From assembly GCF_009834535.1 (NCBI RefSeq), contig NC_045698.1:6202001-6266000 (forward strand): DNA of 64,000 bases. Reading direction: 5' to 3'. Shown here in pieces: positions 1-12,837 of the stretch; positions within the stretch are counted from its first letter, which is position 1; each line of letters begins with the position of its first letter. The notes under the pieces were generated by a model. That model was not told the origin of the DNA, searched no databases, and was given only the letters and a program-made list of their open reading frames with translations. Origin of the DNA: Camelus ferus (Eukaryota). A program made the translations under genes and the position numbers.

Positions 1-279
1 GTCCTCTTCAACAAGTTTTGAGTCTCAGCCTTGGGGTTTGGGTAGACAGACTCTTCCAAGTAAACTCTTTCTTTAGGTGTTTCCCTCAGCCCTGGAGTTA
101 GTGGTTGCTGTTTATATCTCTTATTCTCGTATTCCTAAAAATTCTCTTTACTCCTCTTAGTAGTGAGTGCAATTTGAATATTCCTTTTTGGGATGGATGC
201 AAAAGCATGGCATGTGTGAAGATAAAGAGGCATAAAAGCAGTAAGAGTTATTTTGGCAAAAGTGTCAGAGTAGGGACTG

Positions 280-1305
280 TTAAACATCTGCCTGTCATAA
301 AAGCAATGAAAAAAAAACTGGTAAAATTGTCAGAATCAACTTTTTCAGATCTCTGAAAATTAACTAGTAGCTTGCAGCAACCTGGTGAGCATTTAGTCAA
401 GGAAAAAAAAGTGAAATCTCAGTGAGGACAGGGAGCTTTGTGGCATTTCAACTTAGCTAGTCCCATTCCCTGCTGCCCAGCTCCACAGTGGCCTTGGAAG
501 GTAACAGCCCCACCTCCCAGGACCAGAGGTTAGCAGAGCAGGACTGAAAATCTTTCAGAGCCTCACTCCCAAATATGCACTATTATCTGATTTGACTGGT
601 ATTTCCTTGGAAGAACAAGAGGCTCCAGGCAATTAAGGAAATCTCTTTACAATCTTTAGCTGATCACTAAGCTAATGAAGTAGAGGCTTCAAAGATATAG
701 ACTTGGCAGAAATAGATTTTAAAAAATCACTAAACAAACAAACAACTACTATAACAAACAGCAAGCAACCAAAATGAAACAAACCTTGGAGTTGGGTGAA
801 ACACTGATTTCTGGAGCTGCCAAATTATTTTAAATGTCCTATTTTGAACAAAGAAAAATGACAAAAGGAAATGGGAAAGTATCACCCATACACAAGAAAA
901 GTGGCAATCAATAGAAATCATCCCCTGGAAAACCCAGATATTGGACTTACTTAACAAATACTTTAAATCAGCTATTACCCTTTTTTTTTTAAAAACTAAG
1001 GAAATAATGCCTAAAGAAATAAAGATGAGAATGTATATCACTAAATACAGAGCATTAATAAACAGGTGAAAATTCTGAAAACAGAAACAAATGGAAATTC
1101 TCACGTTGAAATTCAACAATAACTGAAATTTAAAAACTCCCTAGAAGGGCTGAGCAGAAGATTTGAGCAGGCAGGAAAAGAATCAGCACACTTGAAGATG
1201 GGTCAGTTGAGAACAGAAAGGGAAAAAAAGAATGAAGAGAATTCAACAGAACCTTAGAAACCTGAGGGAAACCATCAACATACGTGTGATGGGAGTTACA
1301 GAAGT
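280..1305 (+). mobile_element. Ancient L1 (L1M-type) 5'UTR/ORF1 remnant
   Basis: A-rich decayed ORF1-like sequence, e.g. 'cagatattggacttac', 'aaatggaaattct', 'ctagaagggctgagcagaagatttgagcaggcag...gaatcagcacacttgaagat'. Recognised from recalled consensus. Confidence 0.75.
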
Positions 1306-2289
1306 TCACCCAAGTCACTGAACACCTTCATTCCTCTCTTTCTCGTGCCTGGACATCAGTCTGTTAAATTACATATAAAATCAGTTACATGTGCATTTTG
1401 TCTCTCAACACGTGGGATGACATAAAAAGTCACATTTCTTTATTTTGTTTAAGTTAAATCTGCTCTGTCTGTCACCTGCATGGTTATTGGGAAGTTCAAC
1501 TTCGGTCACTATTAGTGTTCTTTGCCCACTGCTCCGTCCCTGCACAGGTTATACAGAATCCCTAGTTTGTGATACCACAAAGCCAGTCTTGCTGACAGGT
1601 ACGAATTCTGTGATGGCTTCTTGTAGACAGGAACACAGATGGAGTCTGTGTGTTCTGTTAGTATCAAGGGCTTCATCCCTCTTCTTCAAGCATGGGCTTT
1701 GATTGTAGCCCAAGTGTTCAGCACCTGAGTATGAGAACCCCATCAAAGCACATGTCACCTCAGTCCATCCCAGGACTCTAGAATCTACACCTAGCTCTTG
1801 TCCCATCTGGAATCAGGACCACTTCTGCTGCCCCAATTCTAGCACTCATCTTAATTCTAGAAAGACATGGGATTATGGGCTTTAAATGGGCAGAAGCACA
1901 GGAAGCCTTCTCCCCTACTGCCCAATCCCCCAGTCTCAGACCATTATAACCCAAATAGGAGTCTTGAAACTGTCAGGTAAAAGTCAGGGTCGGTGCTGCT
2001 TTATGATTTTTCAGTCAGTACCACCAAAAACAATGATTGAATAAACAATTTTCTTTCTCTTTGATAATTCATTCCCTCACAAGCACAGAGAGATGGATAT
2101 GTGTATATATGTACTTACTTTATCACACATCCAGAATCGATTTCTTTGTTTCTCTTTAACAGAACTCTGATTTTACTCTGGTGGCCTTCATATTAAGGTG
2201 ATTTATCAAAAGCTGGCTCTTTCCACTCATTCATTCATTCATTCATCATTCACCATTCATTCATTTAGCAACTCCTTCCATCATCCTTA

Positions 2290-2760
2290 CTTTGTTTTGG
2301 ATTTTTAAGAAATGTTAATTCAGTATCTCACCCCCATTTGCAGCTTGTGCCCCCTCAGTAATCCAAATTAACCAGCTTCAGCCCATTCCCGTTGCCAGTG
2401 CTTGGGTCTGGCGTGGAGACGTGGTGCCCCCTGGACCAATGAGGTATAAAGAGAAGCTTGCCACCAGCTTCAGAGGAAGCTCCTGTTACTCTCCTGGGGC
2501 ATGCCCAGGAGCAATCTTTTCCATCTCCAGGTATAAATGAGAGATCCCGGAGCCCCAGGTCCTAGAGATCCCACCATCAGGAAACCAGCCCTGGCAGGAG
2601 CTGTACTGTGTACCAGGAACTGGAGAAACAGAAAGCCTGGGACCCCAGAGCTCTGCTGACCCAGGAAACCGATCAGCACCAAGGCCAGCGGCACCTCAGC
2701 CTCCCAGGCGGTCATTCCCCAGAGCATTTCTGCTTCCTTACTAAGCAATTAGGAGAGGGT
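2290..2760 (+). mobile_element. Old ERVL-type solo LTR (LTR16/LTR33-like)
   Basis: 'ccaatgaggtataaagagaagc' and the terminal 'catttctgcttccttactaagc...gggtttctcc' resemble this LTR group. Boundaries are approximate. Confidence 0.4.
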
Positions 2761-3522
2761 TTCTCCTTCCAGTTGCTGAAAACACCTTCACAGACCTTCC
2801 AAGCCAAGAGAATCAGGTTGTTTCTGATTATGTGGACATTGATAAAGAGAAAGGCCCAGTGGACTAAGTCTGGGAAGTTTAAATCAGAGACCTGCTCCAG
2901 GGACCAGCTTGCCTTTTAATTATTCCATGTTTTGGTCTCTTCTCAGTCTTAACACTGAAGTAGGTAAGAAAAATTATTCCATGGGAGTTGGTGAATATGC
3001 AAATGAATGCCAATGCCCACACAAAGTCAATTATAATTAACCTTATCATGCTTTCAGCTTGGCCTGATTCATTATGGGATGGTAAGCTTTCAGACAACTT
3101 TGAATTAATTCTAGAATAGAATTTTGGTCTCCAGTTCCTTCCCTTGAAGCACTATTAACAGTCAGCTAGAGGCTGTGATTTAAATTGCATTCTACTTGGA
3201 AACCAGCCAGAGGAACTCCCCTGCAGAAGTCAGAGGAAGTGAAATAACTTGGCATTTTCATAGGCCTGTTTCAAACTACAGAGCAGCAAAATTCCTTGAA
3301 AAATGTGCTTAAAATTCAGCTTCCCAACCTGTTGATCCTTGTTTTCTCACAACTCTCTTGATGTTGAATTAACACACATCTTCCCAAAGTCACAGAAATC
3401 TCTGTACTTCCAGGAGCGCAAAAAGTCAAGGAACAATGCAGCTCAAGATACATTACATTACTAGCCTGTTTCTGTTTCTGTAAAATGGGGGTGGACTTAT
3501 CAATTTCAAGTTTTATAGGATT

Positions 3523-3640
3523 GGGGGGGAGGGTACAGCTCAGTGGTAAAGTGCATGCTCTGTGTGCACAAGGTCCTGGGTTCAATCCCCAGTGACTCCA
3601 TTAAGAGGGGAATAAGTTTTTAAAAAAAAAGTTTTTTTTT
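3523..3640 (+). mobile_element. tRNA-derived SINE (camelid Vic-1-like) inserted in a MIR
   Basis: G-rich head, A box 'cagctcagtgg', B box 'ggttcaatccc' and A-rich tail. 15-bp TSD aagttttataggatt (3508-3522) / aagatttataggttt (3642-3656). Confidence 0.88.
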
Positions 3641-3887
3641 AAAGATTTATAGGTTTGAAATGAGCTCATATTTATAATACCCAGTACCATGACCATCTCA
3701 GAGTAGCCATGCATTGTTTGTGTTCACTTCCTTTCCTACTCACACACTTCAAAAACCAGCGTCCACTCAGTCTATTTTCGGTTTGGCTTCAGTTTAGCTT
3801 CTACCTTACGTTCAGCGTTTCTCTTCGTAAGTCCTCCGCTCTCTCCAGAACCATCTCGGCCTTTCTTCTCATCACTGTGTATTACAT

Positions 3888-3955
3888 CGTCTTCCCGTCC
3901 CTGGGGGCTGCCTCGTCCTCCCGCCCCTGGGGGCCGCACCGTCTTCCCGCCCCTG
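3888..3955. repeat. 26-bp GC-rich tandem repeat, about 2.6 copies
   Basis: cgtcttcccgtccctgggggctgcct / cgtcctcccgcccctgggggccgcac / cgtcttcccgcccctg. Confidence 0.85.
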
Positions 3956-4149
3956 CGTGTTACCACCTCCAGCACTCCTGCTGTCCTCGCTGCCCTCCCT
4001 CCCTTGGGGACTCTCCTCTCTCCGCCTCTCCAGACCTTGGAGACCCAGTTTCCCGCCTGCTTCCTCAGGAGGGCCCCTCCCACCCACTTCAGCCATCCAC
4101 TGGCTCTGCCTCCAGAGCATCGTCACCCTCTCAAGGCGACAGTGAGGAC

Positions 4150-4405
4150 AGGTAGCACTGAAGTTAACAGGGTGGTTGGGGATTCAGAACACCTGGTCCA
4201 AAACTAAGTTCTTCCACTTACTAATCGTATAACTTGGGAAAGTTCCTTAATTAATCTTGACGAGTCTCATACCCCTGTCTCTTAAAATGTGAGGACAATA
4301 TACCTGCCTCATAGATTCGTTGTAGGTGAGAATGAAAAATGATGCGCACACCTGAAGCACTTAGAGCAGAGTCCGGCAGGTGGCGCGGGCTCACTGACGT
4401 CAGCG
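4150..4405 (+). mobile_element. MIR SINE with GC-shifted 3' end
   Basis: MIR core 'ccactttactaatcgtataacttgggaaagttccttaa...taaaatgtgaggacaatatacctgcctcatag' and tail 'aagcacttagagcagag'. Confidence 0.75.
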
Positions 4406-4463
4406 CCCTGCAGAGTGCAATGACACAGACCCCCCACTAGGGGGCGCGGCAACAGGTGACTCA
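4373..4463 (+). promoter_or_regulatory. Cluster of two CTCF motifs, a full CRE and an AP-1 site
   Basis: CCGGCAGGTGGCGC 4373-4386; TGACGTCA 4395-4402; TGCAATGAC (upstream-motif-like) 4416-4424 followed by CCACTAGGGGGCGC 4434-4447; TGACTCA 4457-4463. Locally CpG-rich. Confidence 0.7.
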
Positions 4464-4764
4464 TCCCAACGCTCAAACAGAAGCAGGACGCAAAGATCCG
4501 AGAGGGGGTCCCTTACAGGTATCAGCAAAACCCCTCAGCTGCCCGCAAATAGGTTTCCAAAGCAAGGAAGCTGAAAATGCTTCATTACACTTTCTATATT
4601 TCATGTGGTATGACGTGATTTCTTTCAGTTTATATTTTAATTAGTGACACAATTCCTCTAGGAAACAGAGAAACTTATAATTAATTAAACAGTAAACTGC
4701 CTACTCTTAATGTTAATCACATTACCTAGTCCATACATCATACTTTGGTAGGAAAAAATACTAA

Positions 4765-4960
4765 CCCAGACTCTAAATCCAGCTTGAAAAATTACTGGCC
4801 ACATGACCTTGGAAAAATTGACTTCCCTTCAAGAACCTCAGTGTATTTAACGCAACACAAATAAAACAGCTGCCCTCGCAACCTAGTGTATTTATTGAGA
4901 GTTCAGATTGAATAATTTATATGAAAGATGTGTGAGAGCTTCAAACTACTGCCAAAGCAC
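4765..4960 (+). mobile_element. MIR SINE
   Basis: 'ttactggccacatgaccttggaaaaattgacttcccttcaagaacctcagt'. Confidence 0.6.
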
Positions 4961-7369
4961 AAAGGTCTGTCAGGAAGCTGGGCTTACAACAATATTTTTA
5001 AATTTAAAGTTGCCTGGTGAGAAGTTTTCAAGGTGCCAAGTGCTCAGAGTCGTACAGAGCAAGGGTGGTTACTTTAGTCCAGTTATGGCTTTCTGAAATT
5101 CACATTTAAATCAAACGAGATAATGGGATGAAATACGGCTTTTTCCTTTCCAACCTCCTTAAGTTAATTATTAATGAATCAAGTTTGATGTGTGTGTTTT
5201 TGTGTAGGAAGAAGACATACAGCCGTATACGTTAATGTCTAGGCTCTCAAGAAAAACCACGGAGAAAAGACATATGCTTCTGCTAGAACAGAGTGATTCA
5301 ATAATTGTTTAAAAGGTAAAAAAAAAAACAAAACAAAAAAAAACACGAGTCCAGATTTTTAACTCTTCTGTTTCTAGCTCCCTGTGCCCAGCAGGACTTC
5401 CCTTCTTGGCACACCAGAATAACAGGCGTGTTACATGTCACGATTGTATGGTTCTGTCCCATTGACCTGCTGCAACCAGGGGCCATGAGGCAGGAGATGG
5501 GGAGAATCCACAGAGAAGCCGTGCTGTTTGTGTTTTTCTGCTGCTCAAATGCTGTCTGTTTTTTTGCAGAAGCAGAGAGAAGTCACCGCAGACATTAAGA
5601 GCCATTTAAGTCTCCAGACTTCTACTACCTCATGTACGGCATGAGGCTGGGACCATCCTTCGCGGCACAGCAGTGAGGATTAAGTGAGAATTCAGAGACA
5701 GTGTCGCGGGAATCCTGTGTCTGGGTTTTCTCCCCTCTGTGCCTCTGGGGACAGGTACTCCCGGACCGCAGGCAGCTGGATGCTAAAGTGTTCCCTGTGG
5801 GAGAGGAGGTGTCAAAAGTTGCATCTACCATGAAAAAGCTTGCTAGGTCTGTGTCTTCTGGGAGAGCTTCTTTCTTTTAACTAAGACAAAGCACATAGAG
5901 CGCCCTTAGAAGGGACTTCTAAGGGGTCTGCCAGGAGCAGGAACCTTTCCCACCGGAGGCAGCGGGGAAGGCAGGGCAGGATCGCAGAAGGACATGGAAA
6001 GAACTGGCATCACCAGACATGTCCACATTCCCACAAAACCTCCCCGAAAGCTCTCTGAGTGGGGTTAGTGTTCCTTCTAGGAAGCAGAAATTGGCAGGCA
6101 GAAGTAACATTCTCAGAGTCACACAGAGACTGCGTGCTCTTCCTGGTTGCCTAAGTGGCGACTGGGTCTTTCAGGAGACCCTCCATCTCCCTGGCAAAGA
6201 GGGGACTAGTCCGCTTCCAGGCACCGGGTCCCCTGGCTGTGGGATGAAGGAGGGCAGAGGCGGGAGGGCAGAAAGAGTCCTCAGTAAAGCCACAAAACTT
6301 GTGTTTGGGGAGATACGGCTTTTGTTGAGATGAGCCAAAAAAAGGTCTTCCTTCCTTTCTTCCAGTCACGGTCTTTATCATTTTTCTCCTCAGGAACTTG
6401 GAGCCAACAAAGGACTCAGTGCCACCCGGGGAATGCCCAGCTCCTGTAGCTCAGAATGAATTGACAGGCGGCCCATTGGACGGGAAGGTTTTGATGACAT
6501 GCCTCTCAGCTGAGCCATTCACCTGGTGAAATGTGCCTCCTCCACCACGTGTCCCGCCTCAGCCTTTGCCAAGTCATTTCTTGGCCAGCGCGAGTCCAGG
6601 TCTTCACTGCACAGATTCTTATGCATTGTTGGAAAGGAACAAAAGAAATGCTCATTTAGTGAATCTCAGACTATAGAAAATGAGACAGAAAATTGGTCAA
6701 TTGAACAATATTCACTCAACATTTATAATAGAACAACTAAACTTATTCTGGATGTTGTAACAGGATACTATTATGGGAAAATTTAGTTTCTAGTTGAAGT
6801 TATCTTTTATATAATATGCATTTGTTGGCAGCAATGAAAGCCTTTCAGACCAAGAATATAATGATTTGCTCTGGTTTAGTAAGATGCAATCAAAATCTGG
6901 ATTGTGGTTAGATACTGTGCCTCAGAGTGGTTTACAAATCAAAATTGGCAAGCAATTGCTTCATCTATATATCATTATTATTAAGCATTTATAGTTGAAT
7001 TCTTAATTTAAATGCATTTCAGTTGCTTGTACTGAGGAACATTTCTCATAAGTGGATATTTAAAAAATCAGACAATTTGGATATTATGGCATAAATATTT
7101 TAATAGATTTTTTGGAAATGTGTGATTTTGCAGAGGTGGCATTTAGAGCTTAATATAAATTTTGAACTCAATGCAGTAAGATGTGTGGCATTGGAGCTTA
7201 TATACTTAATACCAGTCTAAGGTGTGTGATACCAGGTAATTCAAAGAGCAGACACAAGTCCGTCAGGGCAGCACAGACACAGGAAGCGCCTTCCGCAGAA
7301 GTCGTGAAGACCTTGCGCCGACTGCATGGTGATGTGAGGGCAGTAATCTCTGCATTTTCAGAAAAAAAG

Positions 7370-7530
7370 AAATAGTAATAGTTCGTTAAAATTGCATACT
7401 AAGCGTATGCCAGGCACTGCGCTGAGAACTTTACATGAATGTCGCATTTCATTTTCAAGATTTCTCAGTGACATAGAAGCAGGACTCAGTAACAAGGAGA
7501 CCTGAACTCGAGATGCGGCTTAATAAGTGG
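7370..7530 (-). mobile_element. MIR fragment
   Basis: 'taagcgtatgccaggcactgcgctgagaactttacatg' is an antisense MIR 3' end. Confidence 0.6.
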
Positions 7531-8480
7531 TATCAGAAGTTACTGTTACGATTGGCGAAACATTCCCTGCCATCTAGGAAGAAGTTTCTGTGAAGTGAGT
7601 TGCTTGGTGGACAGTGCATGCCTGTCAAGGAGTTTCAGTTATTGTGAGTAACCTGTAAATTCACGCGGTGAGCGGATAATGAATAAACAGAGGAAACTCG
7701 CCCAGGAAGAGCGGAAATTAAACAGGACTAGAGCGTGCGAGGAAGCTGAGGACTTCCTGGGCTGCACCCCACCGAATCCCAGAGTCAGACCAAGTATGTG
7801 AAGTGCAGCCTTACTTTTGCTGCCTCACAAGCTCAACAGGGTCAAAGGTTAACTGAAGTGGAAACTGAGGATTTCTTTTTTTAAGTTTAGTTCATACAAT
7901 GTTCCTGTGCATGGCAGATGGAGGTTGTTTGGGGAGACAGTTAAACTAAATGTAGTTCTCTGTATATGCAGTATACTGCAGATTGAGTCATGAATGTATT
8001 TTCAAACCTTTTTAAAAATATTTTTTCCTCCAGCTCTACTGAGATATAATTGACATGATACATTGTGCCAGTTAAGGTGTACAGCGTGTTCAACATGTTT
8101 CCAAGTGCAAGCAAACATTTTTAGTGCTATTAATAACACAAGCTGGACAGAAAATAAAACTGGGTCATCCATCTCACCTCCTGGCCCATCTAGCTGTGGC
8201 TTTGGGATACTCAGTTTCGGGGGCTCTCATTTCCTATCTGTAAAACTTGGGCAGTTGATTACTTTGTCCCTTCAAGGGAGACAATTCCGTGGCTCTCCAG
8301 CATATGTCCCTTGCCAGGGAGTTTTATCTGTTTCTGTAACACAGAAAATGGCACAACATCCAGTTTTCCTGCCCAGTAGGGGATTTTTTTTTTTTTCACT
8401 TTGGACCCTAACGTTCCCATAAAAAGGAGGCTGACACATTTACTCCTCAAACAGAAATAATCAGGAATAGTCGTACGTGA

Positions 8481-10995
8481 CAGGTTCTTGAAATGGGGCC
8501 CGAGGACACTAGGGAGCACCTGAGTCCCTTACAGGCAGAAGACAAGGTCAAATCTGTCGTCATAAAATTCCAAGACATGATTTGCCTTTCTCATTGTCAT
8601 TCTCTCACTCATGTAGAGTTGAGTTTTCCAGAAGCCACATGACATAATGTCATGGTCACTCTAATAATAAACAGAAGGTATCTTTATGTATTCCTGTATT
8701 TCTAGAATTTTCTAATGCAGTAACTTAGAATATAAATATAAATATGTCATTTTCAGAGATTAACTCAGTCGTTCAGTACCCCTACCGTCTGGTTCTATTT
8801 TCAGCTATACCTGCTAAATTTTCTTTAACCTCAGTATTATTCAATAAATAACTATTTTTACAGCTGAAATTTTTTTTAGTCATATGCAGAAACACAATCA
8901 GAGGTGACTACAATTTGTTTTTTCTTTTGCAATATATTTTTATATTTTGGAGGGAAACAGTTCTAAATTTTTTAATTTTATGTATACTGTTATTTATTTT
9001 AGATTTGATGATGTATTGTTTTAAAATGCAAGCTGATTTATTTATATTACACTGTCCTTGTATTTGAGGTTTGATTACTGGCCTAAGGAGGTATTTTAGT
9101 GCTCACTTTCTCAAACTACAGTGGTACTGTCTGCATCTAAAAATGTTAAAAAAAAAAAAAAAAAAGATGGGGCTGACATATTAGAGTTGTCTGACTCATG
9201 AGAGGAAGGAATCTACTCCAGAGAAGATAAAACTATATGTAAGAAATTAAAATATGATGAAAACAATTTTTCCTCTGGCTTCATAGATGTTAATAATTGA
9301 CTATATTGAAACTTATGTGATAGAGCATCTTGAACAATATTGCAGTGCCGGGTAGGTTGCAGCATTATTTTGACACTAATCATTCAAAGATTAAAGAAAA
9401 GGGAATTGACTATACAGAGCACAGATGCCATGAGACACTCTGAGCTTTTGCGATGCAGATTGTTACAGACTTTCTCACCAGAAGTGAGAGAGCCAGGAAG
9501 CACCTCACAGGGTGAGTTACCGCATCGCACTGGCTGGCACTGCCAAATGCCCGCCGGGTGGGTTGCAGCCTCCAAAGCAGTGCCTCCCTCACCTGATTCA
9601 GTAACTTGTAGATTCACAAATTTTGTTGCAAGCAAGAAGACTGAGTCAGTATTTCAGGGACAGAATTGCACTTTGCCTTACAAATGGCTGAATCTAAGGA
9701 TGGACAAGACTTGCTGTTTTACTCACGTTGATCTGGAATGAACACCAAATAGTCATTTGGAAAAGATTATCCAGTACTTTTTGAAAGACAAGTTTACCAT
9801 GTAAGAGCTGAAATCTGTTGAACAAAAATATTATATACAAAGTCAGGGTACTGAAGACTTGCCAAATGTAATTTACCCTGAAGACTTTTACCAAATGTAA
9901 TTTAACATCTTTAAAACTGTCATGATGCTAAGGACCATGAGGGTAGAAATCAGTGTATCCTGTTTGTTGCTACATTCTTAGAAGTAACTCAGTGCCTGGA
10001 ATATAGGAGCTTCTCATATATTAAATAAATAAAACAGAAACAATCCAACAGAAAACCAGGCAAAGGAAAATAATATACCATCAAAAAATGGCCAAGAAAC
10101 ATAGAAAAAGATGTTTAAACTTTAAACCTAAAAACACAAATTAAAACAAAGAACTTTCATGTGATCCATGAGACTGGCATGGTGAATATTTAACACAAAA
10201 CTTAAGTGGTGCTGAAATATTTGAATAACTTTTTGAAAACCATAGTTTATCCCAGAAAACAGATGTGTTGTTTTCACTCATGGAGCAAAAGCAGTGATGA
10301 GTAAAACTTCCGGCATGTGAATCAGAGCCATGGCAGGAAACTGTACCAGGACGCATTGTATTCCTCTCTGCCATGCACTTGCATCAAACAAAATAAATTT
10401 TAAAAATAGTTATACTTAAGAATGTCCTAGATGAAGCAGTAAAAATTATTATTATTAAATCTCAACCCTTTAGTATATGTCCTTTAAAAAAATATTTTGA
10501 GCGTTAAAATCAGAAATGTAATGGTTGTTGCAAGAAAAATCACTTGTGTGATTCTTTGAGTTACAAACAAGATTCGCTATTTTTCCATAGAACATCTTTT
10601 ATATTTGAAAAAAAGAACTGACAGACCAACTATGGTTTTGCAAACACAGACATTTGGCTGTCACTTTCTTAACAATGAATAAAGTGAGACGGTAGCTTCA
10701 AAAGAAACAGTTGACAACATTTGTTTTCAGTGACAAAACTTGAGCTTGCAAGTGAAAATTTGAATTTTGGAAAACTTACATCTGCCACTGTGAGCTTGAC
10801 AGCTTCCTGATACTTAAAAAATGTTCTCTGTGAGATTGATGGTCATATTAACAAATGTGATGATTTGTGTTGTACATCAATCGATGGGACAGTCATAAAC
10901 AAAAGCTCTTTTGGAATGCTTCTTAATTTTTAAGAGTATAAAGGGGCCCCGAAACCAAACCAAAAAACAAACAAAAAAAAAATGGAAAACTGGAG
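8481..10995 (+). mobile_element. Charlie1-type hAT DNA transposon, decayed, both ends recognisable
   Basis: Left end 'caggttcttgaaatggggccc...aaggtcaaatct...gagttttccagaagccacatgac'. Transposase remnant EAPHRVSYRIALAG from 9497 and further transposase-like sequence at 10260-10870. Right end 'aagctctttt...aatttttaagagtataaaggggcccc'. Interrupted at about 9900-10150. Confidence 0.8.
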
Positions 10996-11147
10996 TGGTG
11001 ACCTATTGCTGGAAAACAGAAGAGGATCAGTGGAAAATGAATCCTGGCCAGACCAACCCAAATAGGGACAATTTTCTTAATTCAGTTCAGCTCTTCAGTG
11101 AGGAGGTGCTAGAAATTCCTGTCATAACTGACAATAGTTTTAAAAAT

Positions 11148-11410
11148 CTTTGATTGAAGTGTAGTTGATTTACAATGTTAGTTTCAGGTATACAGCAAAG
11201 TGATTCAGTTCTACATATACATACATATATTTTTTTTTCAGATTCTTTCCCATTATATGTTATTATAAGAAATTGAATATAGCTCCCTGTGCTCTACAGA
11301 AGGTCCTTGTTTATCTGTTCTATATACAGTAGCATGTATCTGTTCATCCTCAGCCTCTAATTTATCCCTCCCTGCCCTTTCCCCTTTAGTAACCAGAGTT
11401 TGTTTTCTAA
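11148..11410 (-). mobile_element. L1 3'UTR fragment (cetartiodactyl type)
   Basis: 'attgaagtgtagttgatttacaatgttagtttcaggtatacagcaaagtgattcagtt...ccctgtgctctacag'. Confidence 0.85.
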
Positions 11411-11862
11411 CCAGCAATTTTTTTCTACGGAGCCATCTTAACATAAATATGGTTGAACCAGTGCAGAGGAAACTGTGAAGGGGGAAATTTTCACTTCTTT
11501 GCATTGTTGAGGAAATCAAATGTGATGTAGTATTCAAAGTCCCTGACAGAAGAATCATTATTTTTCTGTTTATTTTGTTTGTTTGATTTTTCGTTTTTTG
11601 AATGTCATAGGCTTCTAGGACCTAAGCTATTCCATTTCTTTACTTGTTAAGGCACTTAGAAGACAATACTGATGTCGGGGTAAAGGATGAATTAAATTAT
11701 GGCCAAGATGTGCTCAATAGCAGGGCATCACTACAAAGAAATTTCTGGACATAGACACAATCAAACTGGGTTTGAGACACTTGCAAAATTGGCATAGTTT
11801 TCCTTCTCTTCTCCCATAGATGTTTATAAGATTCAGATGCAATAAATGGAAGCACTTTGAAA

Positions 11863-11865
<3 letters not shown>

Positions 11866-11905
<40 letters not shown>

Positions 11906-11910
11906 GCGCA
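11866..11910. repeat. (AC)n microsatellite ending in (GC)3
   Basis: Read directly from the sequence. Confidence 0.97.
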
Positions 11911-12069
11911 CATGAAGGATACTGATTTTATTCTGAAAATCAAAAAGAAATTAGATTTTACATAAAGGAACATATGCAACAAACTATAAAAAGAATCCAA
12001 TTGTTTATAATTTTCACTGGATTCTCTTGAGGAACTTAGAATATAGCCATTGAACCCTCCCCATCTTGT

Positions 12070-12138
12070 ATTCTTTCCACCAATTACATAGCAGACTCTA
12101 TGCCGGGCTCCGTGACAAGCAGGATGGCCACTTCTAGG

Positions 12139-12181
<43 letters not shown>

Positions 12182-12720
12182 CAACAACAACACTTTTCTG
12201 CCTTCAGGGAAGCCTTAGGCAGAAAAGACAGACATTAAGCAAACAAGAAAACAAGAAAAAAAATATAACTTTAACTTCAGACTGTGTCAAGTCCTACAAA
12301 TGAAAGCAATAGGCAGCTAGGAAAAAGAATACCTGGCGTGGGGGTGGGCACTGATTTGGCCCCAGGTCAGGGTAGTTTCCGCCAAGGTGATGTTTACGCT
12401 GAGACGGGCAGAAGAAGCAGGTAAGGCTGGGGGTGGTCTCAGGAGGAGAGCAGCATTAGCCAACACCCTCGGATAAGACAGGGGGCCACCGTGGCTGGAC
12501 TTCAGAGAGCAAGGGGGAGTCAGGGGTCGGGGTGGAGAGAGGGCGCAGGAGAGATTGTTTTAACCCACATGCAGTGGGCATCCAGGGAGGGCTGTCACAG
12601 GGGGTCAGGATCCAGCCACGGTGTGGAAAGGTCACTCCAGCTGCTCTGCACAGAGTACACAGAAGGCGACCAGGTGGGTGAAGCTGGGTCAGCAAGGACA
12701 GCATCCCTGCCACCAGGTGT
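12070..12720 (-). mobile_element. L2 remnant
   Basis: 'ctgccttcagggaagccttaggcag...gacagacattaagc' and 'ggtcagggtagtttccgccaaggtgatgtttacgctgagac' resemble antisense L2. Confidence 0.55.
12139..12191. repeat. (AAC)n microsatellite
   Basis: 14 perfect AAC units, then a one-base slip. Confidence 0.97.
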
Positions 12721-12837
12721 GAGGGGGGAGGAGGCATCTCACTCCTGGGGGCGGGGAGGAGAGCATCTCACTCCTGGGAGGGGAGGGGGAGGAGGCATCT
12801 CACTCCTGGGAGGGGAGGGGGAGGACAGCTTCCTGGG
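12721..12837. repeat. G-rich minisatellite, unit about 30 bp, about 3.5 copies
   Basis: Repeated GGGGAGGAGGCATCTCACTCCTGGG. Confidence 0.85.

Noticed and set aside
3523..3600. tRNA genes (also 13318 and 61324)
   Set aside because: The A/B boxes are followed by SINE tails and flanked by TSDs, so these are SINEs rather than tRNAs.
9340..9741. 133-aa ORF as a domesticated transposase
   Set aside because: The transposase similarity is in a different, disrupted frame.
12100..12303. Poly-Asn ORF
   Set aside because: It is the translation of an (AAC)n microsatellite within an L2 remnant.
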